From assembly GCA_964016885.1 (NCBI GenBank), contig OZ024749.1, positions 51,398,001 to 51,462,000 of the forward strand: a DNA stretch of 64,000 nucleotides. Direction: 5' to 3'. The stretch is from Eledone cirrhosa (taxonomy: Eukaryota). Shown here piece after piece: positions 12,889 to 26,894 of this stretch (its first letter is position 1; each line of letters opens with the position of its first letter). The notes under the pieces are model-generated. The model ran no database searches. It worked only from the letters and a program-made list of their open reading frames with translations, and was not told where the DNA came from. The translations under genes were made by a program, and so were the position numbers.

Positions 12889-13008
12889 ATGGCTTACAGT
12901 ACTTAGAGTTCCCAAGTGGTCACCATCTAAGTACTAACTAGGCTCAACATTGCTTAACTTCAGTGATCGGACAAGAACCAATGTTTTCAGTGCGATATGG
13001 CCATAAAT
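12889..13008 (-). pseudogene. 5S rRNA-derived sequence (CpG-decayed), head of a putative SINE3
   Basis: Reverse complement atttatggccatatcgcactgaaaacattggttcttgtccgatcactgaagttaagcaatgttgagcctagttagtacttagatggtgaccacttgggaactctaagtactgtaagcc is collinear with animal 5S rRNA, including box A (AGTTAAGC) and the TTAGTACTT-GATGG-GACC region. Differences are mostly C>T/G>A. Confidence 0.9.
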
Positions 13009-13071
13009 ATATATATATATATATATATATACGATATTAACAAATGGAAACTATATTTATAAAACCATATT

Positions 13072-13136
13072 TATTTCATTATACATATTTCAAGGACACC
13101 AAGTTAAATTATGGTGTGCTTTCATCAGACAAAATA
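13072..13136 (-). ncRNA. Mirror copy of the same hammerhead ribozyme on the minus strand
   Basis: Exact reverse complement of 13349-13413 in the left IR arm (tcatcag at 13122-13128). Confidence 0.7.
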
Positions 13137-13348
13137 TAATATAGATCAGTTTTATAAATAAATATTTTCTCTTTTTCTCTCTCTCCTTCTTTTTCTTTCT
13201 CTATAACCCAACGGCTTATTTTAAAATAAAAATATCCAATACTAATAATAATATAAGTAAACAACTCCACTATCGGGGAGCTTCCAACAGTAATGGTTGC
13301 ATTTTTTAAGGGTATGTCAATATTTATTTATAAAACTGATCTATATTA

Positions 13349-13413
13349 TATTTTGTCTGATGAAAGCACACCATAATTTAACTTGGTGTCCTTGAAATAT
13401 GTATAATGAAATA
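13349..13413 (+). ncRNA. Type I minimal hammerhead ribozyme (predicted cleavage after 13405)
   Basis: Order on + strand: tattttgt (stem I), CTGATGA, aagcacacc/ggtgtcctt (stem II), GAA, ATA-tg-TAT (stem III), A|, atgaaata (stem I partner; 8 bp with 2 G-U). Confidence 0.7.
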
Positions 13414-13540
13414 AATATGGTTTTATAAATATAGTTTCCATTTGTTAATATCGTATTTTTACACCAAATACTTGTTGAGTGCTTTATATCAGTTATAAAA
13501 ATATTTGCTTGTTGTATCCCAACAATTTAAATAGAACTTT

Positions 13541-13596
<56 letters not shown>

Positions 13597-14657
13597 TAAA
13601 GGTGGGCTAAGAAGTTCATAGGCTGATAATGAAGGAGTGATTCTAGAGCTGTGAAATCTTGCATGCATTAATTTCAACCCTCAGTTGTGTCAAAGACATG
13701 ACAACCTCCCTTGCGCACTCAGTAAAATGTGAGATTCTACATAAGCAAGACACTGATCCCTGGATTGTCTGGGAGATGAGTGGCCCTGCTTCAGTACTCA
13801 CTTGGTTATAGTAGACCCATCCAACCCTTGCTAGCAGGGAAAGTGGGTGTTAAAACAATGTTAATGATGGTGTGTGTGTGTGTGTGTGTGTATCTACATT
13901 AGTGTTTGTGTGTGTAATAGTGTAAAATATTGCATTAAGTTGCATCCCTTTACATAAAAAGGTAACTTATCAATTTAATGGAAAGATTGATAAAATACCA
14001 GGCTAAAATAAGTCCTGGTTTCAATATAATTCACTCAAAGAAAAACCCATTGAAAATAGTGTCCGAGCATTACCACAGCCAAATGATTGAAACCAGTAAA
14101 AGAAGAAATTAAAAACAAACAAAATAGTAAATTAAGTGAATGAAAACAGAAAATAACTTCCAGAAAATCTGGGACTACTGGAAGTTAAGGCAAGCAATAC
14201 AAGGCAACACCCAAAATAGAGAAATGAAAACTGTCTCTCAGACTCTCAATGAGGTTATATAGACACCAAAAAAATATGAGAGTAAAATTTCATTTCATTG
14301 ACAGAAGATATGGACTAAAACCAGCAGACAACTTATACTTATATACAGCACAGTGATGTTGACTAAGTGATGTTAATATGATAGGTTGTTTAGTCAACAG
14401 TAGTTAGTGACTGGTGTGTGTATCTGTGTGTGTGTCTGTGACTACTGTTTGTGTGTGTATGTGACTGGTGTGGGTGTGTGTGGGGGGGTGTCTGGTGTGT
14501 GTATGTATGTGTGAGTGTTTGTGTGTGTGCTGGTTTTGAAGTGTAAAAGTTGGTAAAACAGGAGAAAGTATACTGCTCAACTATTGCCATCCTCGCTGTG
14601 TACTTCAGGTTTCAGTTAATATATCTTCCACTTCCTTCCTTTCTATATTAATAATCT

Positions 14658-15830
14658 TTCACTGTTACATACTAACTACATACACTGTTACATACTAACT
14701 ACATACACTGTTACAGGCTAACCATATACGCTGTAACATACTAACTACATACACTGTAACATACTAACTACATACACTGTTACATACTAACTACATACAC
14801 TGTTACAGGCTAACCATATACACTGTAACATACTAACTACATACACTGTAACATACTAACTACATACACTGTTACATACTAACTACATACACTGTTACAG
14901 GCTAACCATATACACTGTAACATACTAACTACATACACTGTTACATACTAACTACATACACTGTTACATACTAACTACATACACTGTTACAGGCTAACTA
15001 CATACACTGTTACAGGCTAACTACATACACTGTTACATACTAACTACATACACTGTTACAGGCTAACCATATACACTGTAACATACTAACTACATACACT
15101 GTAACATACTAACTACATACACTGTTACAGGCTAACTACATACACTGTTACAGGCTAACTACATACACTGTTATATACTAACTACATACACTGTTACATA
15201 CTAACTGCATACACTGTTACATACTAACTACATACACTGTTACATACTAACTACATACACTGTTACAGGCTAACCATATACACTGTTACATACTAACTAC
15301 ATACATTGTTACAGGCTAACTACATACACTGTTACAGGCTAACTACATACACTGTTACATACTAACTACATACACTGTTACATACTAACTGCATACACTG
15401 TTACATACTAACTACATACACTGTTACATACTAACTACATACACTGTTACAGGCTAACCATATACACTGTTACATACTAACTACATACACTGTTACATAC
15501 TAACTACATACACTGTTACATACTAACTACATACACTGTTACATACTAACTACATACACTGTTACATACTAACTACATACACTGTTACATACTAACTACA
15601 TACACTGTAACATACTAACTACATACACTGTTACAGGCTAACCATATACACTGTTACATACTAACTACATACACTGTAACATACTAACTACATACACTGT
15701 TACATACTAACCACATACACTGTAACATACTAACTACATACACTGTAACATACTAACTACATACACTGTTACAGGCTAACTACATACACTGTTACAGGCT
15801 AACCATATACACTGTCAAATACTAACCACA
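14658..15830. repeat. 23-bp minisatellite (actgttacatactaactacatac / actgttacaggctaaccatatac), ~50 units
   Basis: Direct tandem array with interleaved unit variants. Confidence 0.95.
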
Positions 15831-17003
15831 CATACACTACTACATACACTGCCACAGATTAACCACACAAACACTGCTATATACATAACATCACAATTCA
15901 CTATTTAATAACCTTCTGCATGTGGGTATGAGTGTGTGTCAGATTTAACCCTTAAGTCTGCCATTTTTCTCCTGCCCTAATATGTCAACCACCTCATAGT
16001 CCTGGCCGACAAGATGGTGAAGACATTGCCCTGGAGGACAGCAATGAAAACACACTGGAACAACCACTCCACCTCACAGAAACCGCACTGCAACCAAAAG
16101 ATGGCCAATTGGCAGATTAGACAGGAGATCTTCAATCATAGTCTAACATTACTTCAATAACTTCTGTTACTCTGGACTATTTTGCTGTTTGCTACCCCTT
16201 ACCAAATCCTACTCGATACACTCACCCCACCCACCCTATCATCATTTTAACTGTGTCCCATTCATAAATCCTGCACCACACCTTCTTCTTCAGCCATCCT
16301 TTTCCTCAAAATGCAACCCTCTGAAAATGTTCTTCCTATCCTTGTTTTCTTTACTGCAGTGGATGGGTGGGTGGGTGAGTTGGTGTCTATAAAGTTAATC
16401 AGTGCCATGTGTGTGTGAGTATGTGTGCGCATCTGTACATGTGTGCATGTGAGTGCAAATGTGAAAATGTAAGTGTGCATGTGTATGTGTGTGTTCTTGT
16501 GCATGTGAAAATCTTTGTGTGTGAGTGTGTATGTGCATCTCTGTGTTCATGTGAGTGCATGTGTGTATGCATGTGTGAATGGGAAAGTGCATGTGTGCCT
16601 ATGCACGTGCGTGCACTTGTGCATGAGGGTGCAAATGTAAAAATGTGTGTTGTCATTGTTCATGTGTGTATACATGTGTGTACATGAGTGTGCATCTTCA
16701 TTGAAACATCTTATTGAAAAACAGAACTATGTCTCAGTTTTACCATTTCTATAATTCTTTCCTGAGTCTTTGATATTTACAGAGCCTAGATTCAACAACA
16801 GACCCTTCTAACTTCTTTACAGCTTCCCTTTCTCCCTATTTTTTCTTTAAACCCTTTTATGCTTATTTTACCCCCTATTGGTCTTCCTTATTTAAACTTT
16901 TTTTATTTTATTTTTTATTCAATTATCTCTATATATCTTGTTTTGTTTTTTCCTTTTGTGTTTTGTGTTGTTTTTTTTGTTTTTGTTTCTCAGCTGTTAA
17001 GTC

Positions 17004-17231
17004 TTAACCCTTTAGCATTTACATTACTCTATATTTACTATTGTATTTTTGTGGTAAAAGCTTTATCTTACATAATTATCTCACATAATATCGAATCTGC
17101 GAGATTTTGATGTTATTTATTCTGAGAACAATACCTTGATGTCAGTATGAGTACCACGTATAGCCGGTTTAAACAGAAAGAGGTGAGGGAATTCTGGCCA
17201 GATATGGCCAGTTTAAATGCTAATGGGTTAA
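17004..17231. mobile_element. piggyBac-like MITE
   Basis: TTAA-ccctttagcattta ... taaatgctaatggg-TTAA. Confidence 0.85.
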
Positions 17232-17640
17232 TGATATAATATTATACAAAACTCAATAACACACACAGACAGAGTGTGTGTGTGCAGCCTTACAACAAAT
17301 TTATAATACGTAACATTAACACCAAATTATTTCCTCCTGGTTACAGATAGAAACCTGATGTCAATACAAACGAGTAACAGCCACAAGTGTTCCTATGAAT
17401 CATAACTACAATACAACAACAACAACAGCAACAACTGAAGCAACAACAACAGCAGCAACAACAACTGCAACATCCATTATGGAAATATTTCCATAAAGAA
17501 GAAGATAAGAATAGCAAAGTCCTTAAATATTAATTAACATTAAAGATTAATTGTTTCAAAGAGAATATATATATATATATGTATATGCATGTATATATAT
17601 ATATATATGTATATGTATGTATATTTGTTTCAAAGAATAA

Positions 17641-17671
<31 letters not shown>

Positions 17672-18159
17672 CATACATACATACATACATACATACATAC
17701 ATACATACATACATACATACATACATACATACATACAAATATATATATATATGCATAACAGATTTATTTTCTTTAATGTTTTGGCTTTCATGTCCTTTGA
17801 GACTCTTGGGGTGAAAGTGGTTGATGTTCTTCTTGAGTAAACTGCAAATCAACAACTGCATAGAAAAACATGGCCATGGAAAGAATTCCAGAGGACTGAT
17901 GTTTTGGGGGAAGGCTTGGCATGTTGCTCCAGTACATTCCACTGAGAGTTAGTACCAGCAGTAGCTGGGGAGTTAATCTTGCAAGAGGCTGGCATCCTGT
18001 CCAGGAAGTGTCTTGTACTCTTAGTCGCTTAATGCCAAGGAAATTGAGGAAAAGCACCAGCCTCATGAGCCTTAAGTTTAGAACAGACTTTCAATAGAAT
18101 TAAGAAGCTTAATTTTAATGGATGAAACTTTTGGTTAGGAAGTTAGACTTTTGATTATA

Positions 18160-18328
18160 ATTGTTTCTACTTTTGGCACAAGGCCAGCAATTACCCAGTG
18201 CATTACTGGTACTTTATTTTATCGACCCCGTAAGGATGAAAGGCAAAGTCAACCTCGGCGGGATTTGAACTCAGATCGTAAAGGGACGTAACTATGCTGG
18301 AAAGCATGGCGTCCGACCCTCTACCGAC
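18160..18328 (-). mobile_element. SINE family 1 copy
   Basis: Reverse complement of the family consensus. Confidence 0.8.
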
Positions 18329-19224
18329 TTTTGATTATAATGTCATTTGTTTGGTTCCTGGACAAGGTGCTGTACTGTGTTCTTGAGCAAAACATTTTAT
18401 TTCATATTGCTCCAGTACACTTAGCTGAAAGTGAGTACCAGCAGTAGCTGGGGAGTTAATCCTGCAGTAGACTATTGTCCTATCCAGGGAGTCTTATACT
18501 CTCAGTTGCTTAACACCCAGGAAACCAGGAATAAGTACCAGCTTGATTAGCCTTTGGGTTAGAACAAACTTTAACTGAGTACAAGACCCTATAGCAGGGT
18601 AATGAGGGGCTAAGGGGTACCTAAGACTGGTGGGCCTGGTTGGAGAGGAAAACAAAATCACCCAGCTCTGAGGAAATAACACATCTGTAGGTCAGAGGTT
18701 AAGATGTGTAGGGGTGAGTGATTCTGTGCCAGTCAGTAGGAGGCATTTTTTTTGGGGGGGGGGGAGGGGGGGATGAAAGTTCTGTGTGTATGTGTGTGTG
18801 TATATGTGTGTATGAGCAGCAGCAGTATCATTAATGAAGACAGAGTTTACATGTGTGTGTGTGTGTGTGTGTGTGTAAAGTATTTTCTAACCCTAAAGAG
18901 GAAGTTCAGATTATAAAATGGGGTTTTAGTTAATAAGGAAATAGAAAAAAATCTTTAAGAAAAAAAACAAGTTGAAACTAGAGTGTAGCCATATTTTCAT
19001 TGAGGCAGACACACACCACATATCCATACACACACACACCACATATCCATACACACACCACATATCCATACACACACACACCACATATCCATACATACAC
19101 ACACCACATATCCATACACACACCACATACATAGGAACTATAGCAGAATGGGAACCTATGAGTAAGATGTGGTCATCTAACATGTCTAGGCTTTGAACAT
19201 GACAACCCATCTTACATCATATAG

Positions 19225-19892
<668 letters not shown>

Positions 19893-20163
19893 GATCATTA
19901 CCAGTTTCTAAATGTTAGGGTATAAACTTCAATATCTAAGACAAGTATTCCCTTCTTTACAGTCATATAAACATCATTTAAGACTTTCTAGTGTTCCCTT
20001 CCTTCCATTATTATGTCACACATTGCTACTCCTTCTCTCTCTCTCTCTCTCTCTCTCTGCCTTACACAATTTGCCACAATTCTTCTCATATGATTCCCTA
20101 TTTCATACATTGCCTCTCCCCCTCTCTTTATTTACTCTATGTTTTTTCTCTCTCTCTCTCCCC

Positions 20164-20194
<31 letters not shown>

Positions 20195-20619
20195 CATAAA
20201 CAGAGAAAGCTATTAGCGATACTCCGACCAAATTCCAACTCACTCAACAAACATTAGGAAATACCGGAGTATATTCCCAATTAAACGTTCAGAGTGCTAA
20301 CTATATTGTATTGTGTGGATAATTGGCTGTATTAATTCATATGAGATATATTAAAAATCTCATTGTGTATATATATATACCCTTGCAAGCAGGGAAAAGC
20401 GGACGTAAAATGATGATGATGATATATCATCATCATCATTTTACGTCCGCTTTTCCCTGCTTGCAAGGGTGAGATGGGAACTGATACTGGCTTGATTTCT
20501 ACAGCTGGATGCCCTTCCTAACACCAACCTCATTTACAGTGAGTGCTGGGTGCTTTTTTGCCGTGGCACCTCCACGGCCACTTTGCAGTGGAATGATAGG
20601 GACCTCAGTCCCTACCATC

Positions 20620-20760
20620 TCATTTCTACAGCTAAGTAAACTGGAACAATGTGAAATAAAGTCTCTTGCTCAAGGAAACAACACATCACCCGGTCTGAGA
20701 ATTGAACTCACAACCTTTCGATTCCAAGGCCAATGCTCTAACCACTAAGCCATATGCCTC
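20620..20760 (-). mobile_element. tRNA-headed SINE family 2 (CORE-like); body/tail fragments at ~8625-8720, 17925-18090, 18350-18572
   Basis: Minus strand: ggaggcatatggcttagtggttagagc...gagttcaattc...ccttgagcaagagactttatttcacattgttccag. The matching body is seen at 18375-18440. Confidence 0.65.
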
Positions 20761-21147
20761 CATATATGTATGTATATATTTATTTATTAAAATAACAGAT
20801 TAAATTTTAAGCAAAGAATTGCTGCTTATCGAACCCTCTTTGGATTTTGGTCTTCACATTTATTATTATTACTATGTATATATATATATATTTCTCTTTT
20901 ACTCTCTTTTTCTTCATCTCTCTCTCTCTCTCTCTCTCTCTGCCTTACACAATTTGCCACAATTTTTCTCATGATTCCTTATTATGTCATACATTGCTGG
21001 CCTCTCTCTTCCTCTCGCTGCCTTACACCATTCCCCATTAATCATCTCATATGATTCTACAATTTCTACTTTGTAACAACTGATTCAGAAGAGCTGTGAT
21101 TTCAAACTGAACCAAATACACTGGAAAGATAACTAAAGATCTTAATA

Positions 21148-21435
21148 ATGGTCTCTGATTAGGGACAAGGCCAACAATTTTGGGGAAGTGAGGAGGGGTG
21201 TCAATTAAATCAACCCCAGTGCATTACTGGTACTTTATTTTATTGACCCTGTAAGGATGAATGGCAAAGTTAAAGCTAATCTTTCTTATTCTTTATCTCT
21301 AACCAATCTCCCTGACTGACTTCACTCTAAACTTCAACCCCAGTACATTACTGCTACTTTATTTCATTGACCCCGTAAGGATGGAAGGCAAAGCTAACCT
21401 AAATGGAATTTGAAATCAGAAAGTAAAGGGCCGAC
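21148..21435 (-). mobile_element. SINE family 1, two truncated copies
   Basis: Core motif present twice. Confidence 0.7.
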
Positions 21436-21480
21436 ACCCCACTACTGTCTTAAAAATACAAAGGACACATTGGATGTTGA

Positions 21481-21703
21481 TTAACCCTTTAGTATTTACA
21501 TTATCTATAATATTGTATTTTCATGGTAAAGGCTTTACCTTACATAATATCTCGCATAATATCGAATCTATGAGATTTTGATATCATTTATTTTGAGAGC
21601 AACACCTTAACATCAGTATGAGTGGCCAGTTACAGCCAGTTTGAACAGAAAGAGGTTAGAGAATTCTGGCCGGATACGGGCGGTTTAAATTCTAAAGGGT
21701 TAA
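21481..21703. mobile_element. piggyBac-like MITE
   Basis: Same family with TTAA TSDs. Confidence 0.85.
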
Positions 21704-21780
21704 GGCCACACTATAATAACAACAACAATCTCAGTCTAAAATATTTGTTTAATATGATGATGATGACTATGATGATGACT

Positions 21781-21815
<35 letters not shown>

Positions 21816-21818
<3 letters not shown>

Positions 21819-22915
21819 AGCAGGGATATATAGCTAGAGGGTGTCTTTACCCCATTGACCAACATACTAGGGTATATATATATATATAGATGATGATGAT
21901 GATGGTGGTGGTGATGGTAACTATGACACTGATGACCCCCAATGACTGTAGGGATATATAGCTAGAGGGTGTCTTTACCCCATTGACCAACATACTAGAG
22001 TATATATATATAGATGATGATGATGATGGTGGTGGTGATGGTAACTATGACACTGATGACCCCCAATGATAGCAGGGATATATAGCTAGAGGGTGTCTTT
22101 ACCCCATTGACCAACATACTAGAGTATATATATATAGATGATGATGATGATGGTGGTGGTGATGGTAACTATGACACTGATGACCCCCAATGATAGCAGG
22201 GATATATAGCTAGAGGGTGTCTTTACCCCATTGACCAACATACTAGAGTATATATATATAGATGATGATGATGATGGTGGTGGTGATGGTAACTATGACA
22301 CTGATGACCCCCAATGATAGCAGGGATATATAGCTAGAGGGTGTCTTTACCCCATTGACCAACATACTAGAGTATATATATATAGATGATGATGATGATG
22401 GTGGTGGTGATGGTAACTATGACACTGATGACCCCCAATGATAGCAGGGATATATAGCTAGAGGGTGTCTTTACCCCATTGACCAACATACTAGAGTATA
22501 TATATATAGATGATGATGATGATGGTGGTGGTGATGGTAACTATGACACTGATGACCCCCAATGATAGCAGGGATATATAGCTAGAGGGTGTCTTTACCC
22601 CATTGACCAACATACTAGAGTATATATATATAGATGATGATGATGATGGTGGTGGTGGTGGTGGTGGTGGTGGTGGTGGTGGTAACTATGACACTGATGA
22701 CCCCCAATGACTGTAGGGATATATAGCTAGAGGGTGTCTTTACCCCATTGACCAACATACTAGAGTATATATATATAGATGATGATGATGATGGTGGTGG
22801 TGGTGGTGGTGGTGGTGGTGGTGGTGGTAACTATGACACTGATGACCCCCAATGACTGTAGGGATATATAGCTAGAGGGTGTCTTTACCCCATTGACCAA
22901 CATACTAGAGTATAT
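21816..22915. repeat. ~124-bp tandem repeat, ~9 units
   Basis: Units start at 21816, 21944, 22068, 22192, 22316, 22440, 22564, 22709, 22854; internal (TA), (GAT) and (GGT) tracts vary in length. Confidence 0.95.
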
Positions 22916-23049
22916 ATTTATAGTTACACTTTCATAAGGGGATTTGTCATCATCTTTGTCACCAACATCATCATGTCATCATTGTCACCACCATATGTGT
23001 GTATGTGTGCATCTGCAACACAGAGACAAGGATGAAACTATAACATGTA

Positions 23050-23084
<35 letters not shown>

Positions 23085-23277
23085 TGAAGGAAAATTTTCT
23101 CCCAATCTTGCTTTCATCTTTTTTATAAGTACACCTTATCCAGCATCTACACACCCCCTGTTTATTCTTATATATATATATATATATATTAATAAAAGGA
23201 ATTCCAACTTTGTCTGATTTACTCGTTTTATTTACAATCCTTTAAAATTTATAATGGTTTATATATATATACACATA

Positions 23278-23359
23278 CAGGGTGTCCCAAAAAATATATT
23301 TATATAAAAATATATTTATTAATGTTCTGTTGAAGTGTGTATACATTTTTGGGGAGACC

Positions 23360-23362
<3 letters not shown>
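23278..23362. mobile_element. Tiny Tc1/mariner MITE (85 bp)
   Basis: TA-cagggtgtcccaaaaa ... tttttggggagaccctg-TA. Confidence 0.7.
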
Positions 23363-23401
<39 letters not shown>

Positions 23402-24359
23402 GAAAGGTATAGAAAATATTGTAGCAAAAAGCCAACAGTATTCCATAATATATATATATATAATCTCGAATTAGTACCATTGAACCACATGTATTATAAA
23501 CAACTTGCATATTTCTACAAGTACATTGTACCTGTTGAGGTATTCATCCACTTTTATATATATATATATATGATGATATATATATATAATTAATGAGTTT
23601 CTCATTACATATATATATAGCGATAATGAGAAATTCCAAGTAGCATCTCAGAAAGACTTAACTTTCAATAAATATTCTCCTCTAATTTGCTACCGAGTAG
23701 ATTTTTTTTTCATTGTTTTGCATTTTACAGCAGGATGAATCCACTTTTGTAAATAGCAATGTAAAAGTCAGAGCTGCAATTTACAAGGATATACCATAGT
23801 ATATATATAATTCCTCTCTACCTAACCTTAATGAATTCTGTCACTAAATATAGGTGTTTGCTTTAAGGGTTTTCATCCTATTTTATAGCATCTCCGTGCA
23901 TAAGCAGACTACTATATATATATATATATATATATATGACTTCTACAAGACTAAAACTATTTCATTCATATGAAATCAGCAAGAATTCCTATACTCTACC
24001 TATGTATTGAGTACCTTTTTTTAACTGTGGTCTTTTCCCAATCTTCATCAGGAATCACACCTTATCTATTTATCATCATCATCGTTTAACGTCCATGGGT
24101 TTGGACGGGAATTTTCCCACTTGAGGCAAGATTGGTTGTCTTGCTCATATAGGACTGTCTGGCGGGTTTTCTACGGCTGGATGCCCTACATAACACCAAC
24201 CACGTTTACAGTGTGGACTGGGAGGTTTTTACCGTGTTACCTACACGGCCACATTACAGCGTAGACTGTGTGTTTTTTTGTCGTGACACCTACACGACCT
24301 CATTTATTTAGGACTGGATGTTGTGGAACCAATATATATATATATATATATATATAATA

Positions 24360-24512
24360 TAAAAAGAAAGGAACAAAGAATCAGTGTTGCATCATAACAT
24401 ATTTAATAACATATTACATGTGTTTCACTGTCGATCAGCTCGAGGAACGATCTATCATTGATTGAACCTGACTCTGGAATCAAAAGATCCTCAGATGTAT
24501 GTATATATGGTG

Positions 24513-24546
<34 letters not shown>

Positions 24547-24760
24547 GTTGTTGTATGGTTGCAATTAAATGCGTCCGTGGGTAGTATGCCGTTTTGAGCA
24601 CTCGATGCTCGTGCAGAGCAGAGTATATTATTATAGATAACGAGGAATCAGAGTTGGGTTCAATCTGTAACAGATCCTGCCTTGAGCTGATCAACGGAGA
24701 AAAATATGTAATATGCTAATAAATTGTGTTTTGATGCATTACTGATTCCTCATTACCTAT
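24360..24760. mobile_element. Old inverted pLTR-like element (diverged arms ~24375-24480 / ~24645-24755)
   Basis: Arms are recognisable reverse complements. Minus arm has gctg-atcga-cagt-GAAAC-acat-GTA. Flanked and split by (TA)n. Confidence 0.4.
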
Positions 24761-24793
24761 AATATATATATATATATATATATTTTTATATAT

Positions 24794-24998
24794 AACGAAG
24801 GAAATGTGGTAAGGAACCAGGTGGACCATAACGCACCAAAGTACTCAATACTTAGGGTAGTAGAGTGGGTAATAGGAACGAGCAGGACCCCGACGGCTGA
24901 GCTCAAGCCGTTTCGACGGCTAATTCTGGACAGAATTTTGGTCCAGAATTAGCCGTCGAAACGGCTTGAGCTCAGCCGTCGGGGTCCTACTCGTTCCT
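24794..24998 (-). mobile_element. Fold-back hairpin element family A, copy 2
   Basis: Reverse-orientation near-identical copy inside (TA)n. Confidence 0.75.
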
Positions 24999-25001
24999 TT
25001 T

Positions 25002-25040
<39 letters not shown>

Positions 25041-25043
25041 ATT

Positions 25044-25074
<31 letters not shown>

Positions 25075-25479
25075 AAATACACATATATATACATATATAT
25101 ATATATAATTATTATCATTATTATTATAGGAATAATATCTACACTCTACTTCACTCTAGTTTTCTTAAGTATTCCTTCATACATATGTGTAGTTGTGTGT
25201 GCATATATGTGCATGTGTAAGTGTGTAAGTTGTGTAGGTGTATGTGTGTATGTGTAACAAGACTCCATCTCGAAGACAGAGTTTCAGGTTGCTGACCCTC
25301 CTTGAGGTACATCACCCTCCACACATCTGCTGCGATAGTGCAACTGCTACATACTAACACAGACACACATACACACACACACACACATACAGACACACAC
25401 ACATACATAGAGACACATATACATGAATTCACACCCATTCTACATCACATATCATTTGCCTGAGAAGTTAAAGCCTAGA

Positions 25480-26790
25480 CTAACCACCACCATCACCACC
25501 ACCACTACACCCCATCACTACCATCACCATCACCACCACCATTACCACCACTACCACTACACCCCACCACCACCACCATTACCATCATCACTGCCACTAC
25601 ACACACTACATCCCACCACCACCACCTTCACCATCACCTTCACCATCACCTTCACCATCACCACCACCATCATTACTACTAGCTTCCCTCCTACTTCCTT
25701 TCTCCCTGCCTCTCTCTCTCCCTCTCTCACACACACTCGCACCCCACCCCTCCTCTAGCAGATATGTGGTTACTACTCCACCCAAAACCAACTTGATGCA
25801 CCACACCCCACCGCCACCACCACCACCAAGCCCTCTTCACGTCATCATTTCAGACCCTCAACCAACCACCCAGTCCTTTCCTCAACCACCACCCTCCACC
25901 TCCCAATAATTTCTTCTAGGAACTGCTGCATTCATCACTCCCCTCACCCTTGATCTACCCCCTTTCCACACACTCCACCACCACCATCATCCTCCACCCA
26001 CCTCCACCACCTCGTCACCTTGTTGGAACTCCCTCAAACTCACGCCCCACCACCACCACATACTCCAACACCACCACCACGAAACCACCACTACCTCGAC
26101 ACCACCACCACCACACACTCCATTACCACCATCACCACGACACCCTCTTCATCTACCCACACTCACCATCACACACCACCACCACCACCATCTCGACACC
26201 ACCACACCACCACCACCACACACACCACCACCACGACACCACGACACCACCACCACCACGACACCCTCTTCATCTACCCACACTCACCATCACACACCAC
26301 CACCACCACCATCTCGACACCACCACACCACCACCACCACACACACCACCACCACCACCACGACACCACCACCACCACGACACCCTCTTCATCTACCCAC
26401 ACTTACCATCACACCACCACCACCACCTCGACACCACCACACCACCACCACCATCACGACACAATCATCACGATACCCTCTTCATCTACCCACACTTACC
26501 ATCACACACCACCACCACCACCACGACACCACCACACCACCACCACCACGACACCATCACCACGACACCATCACCACGACAAACTCTTCATCTACCCACT
26601 CTCACCACCACCACGACACCATCACGACACCATCACCACGACAAACTCTTCATCTACCCACTCTCACCACCACCACGACACCATCACGACACCATCACCA
26701 CGACAAACTCTTCATCTACCCACTCTCACCACCACCACGACACCATCACCACCACCAGTGTCACCCTCATTGGAACTCCCTCAAAGTCAC
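25480..26790. repeat. (CAC/CCA)-rich low-complexity region with higher-order unit cacgacaccctcttcatctacccac
   Basis: Tandem degenerate units; the core is bounded by ttggaactccctcaaa direct repeats (~26021, ~26770). Confidence 0.9.
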
Positions 26791-26894
26791 ACTTCCTGCC
26801 AAATGTCAACCTTCAAATATTGAAACCGAGTAACAACCACACAGAACGCAAATAAAAATAAAAATAAAAATAAAAATAAAAATAAAAATAAATT

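Larger units (their letters stand above)
13029..13543 (+). mobile_element. Penelope-like pseudo-LTR insertion with perfect ~138-bp inverted repeat carrying hammerhead ribozymes
   Basis: Arms 13029-13166 and 13319-13456 are reverse complements around a ~150-bp spacer. The element is flanked on both sides by (TA)n, with a downstream ttgagtgc motif. Confidence 0.7.

Noticed and set aside
12889-13008. Functional 5S rRNA gene
   Set aside because: Many substitutions, solitary, and fused to a retroposon-like tail.
21816-22915. 124-bp array as CRISPR or tandem hammerhead satellite (contains acaCTGATGAcccc...gggATA)
   Set aside because: No unique spacers and eukaryotic context. GAAA is absent and stem I/III do not fit; CTGATGA is easily produced from GAT repeats.
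25950-26855. 301-aa and 267-aa His/Thr/Pro-rich ORFs
   Set aside because: (CAC)n low-complexity DNA is open in several frames; no splice or codon evidence.
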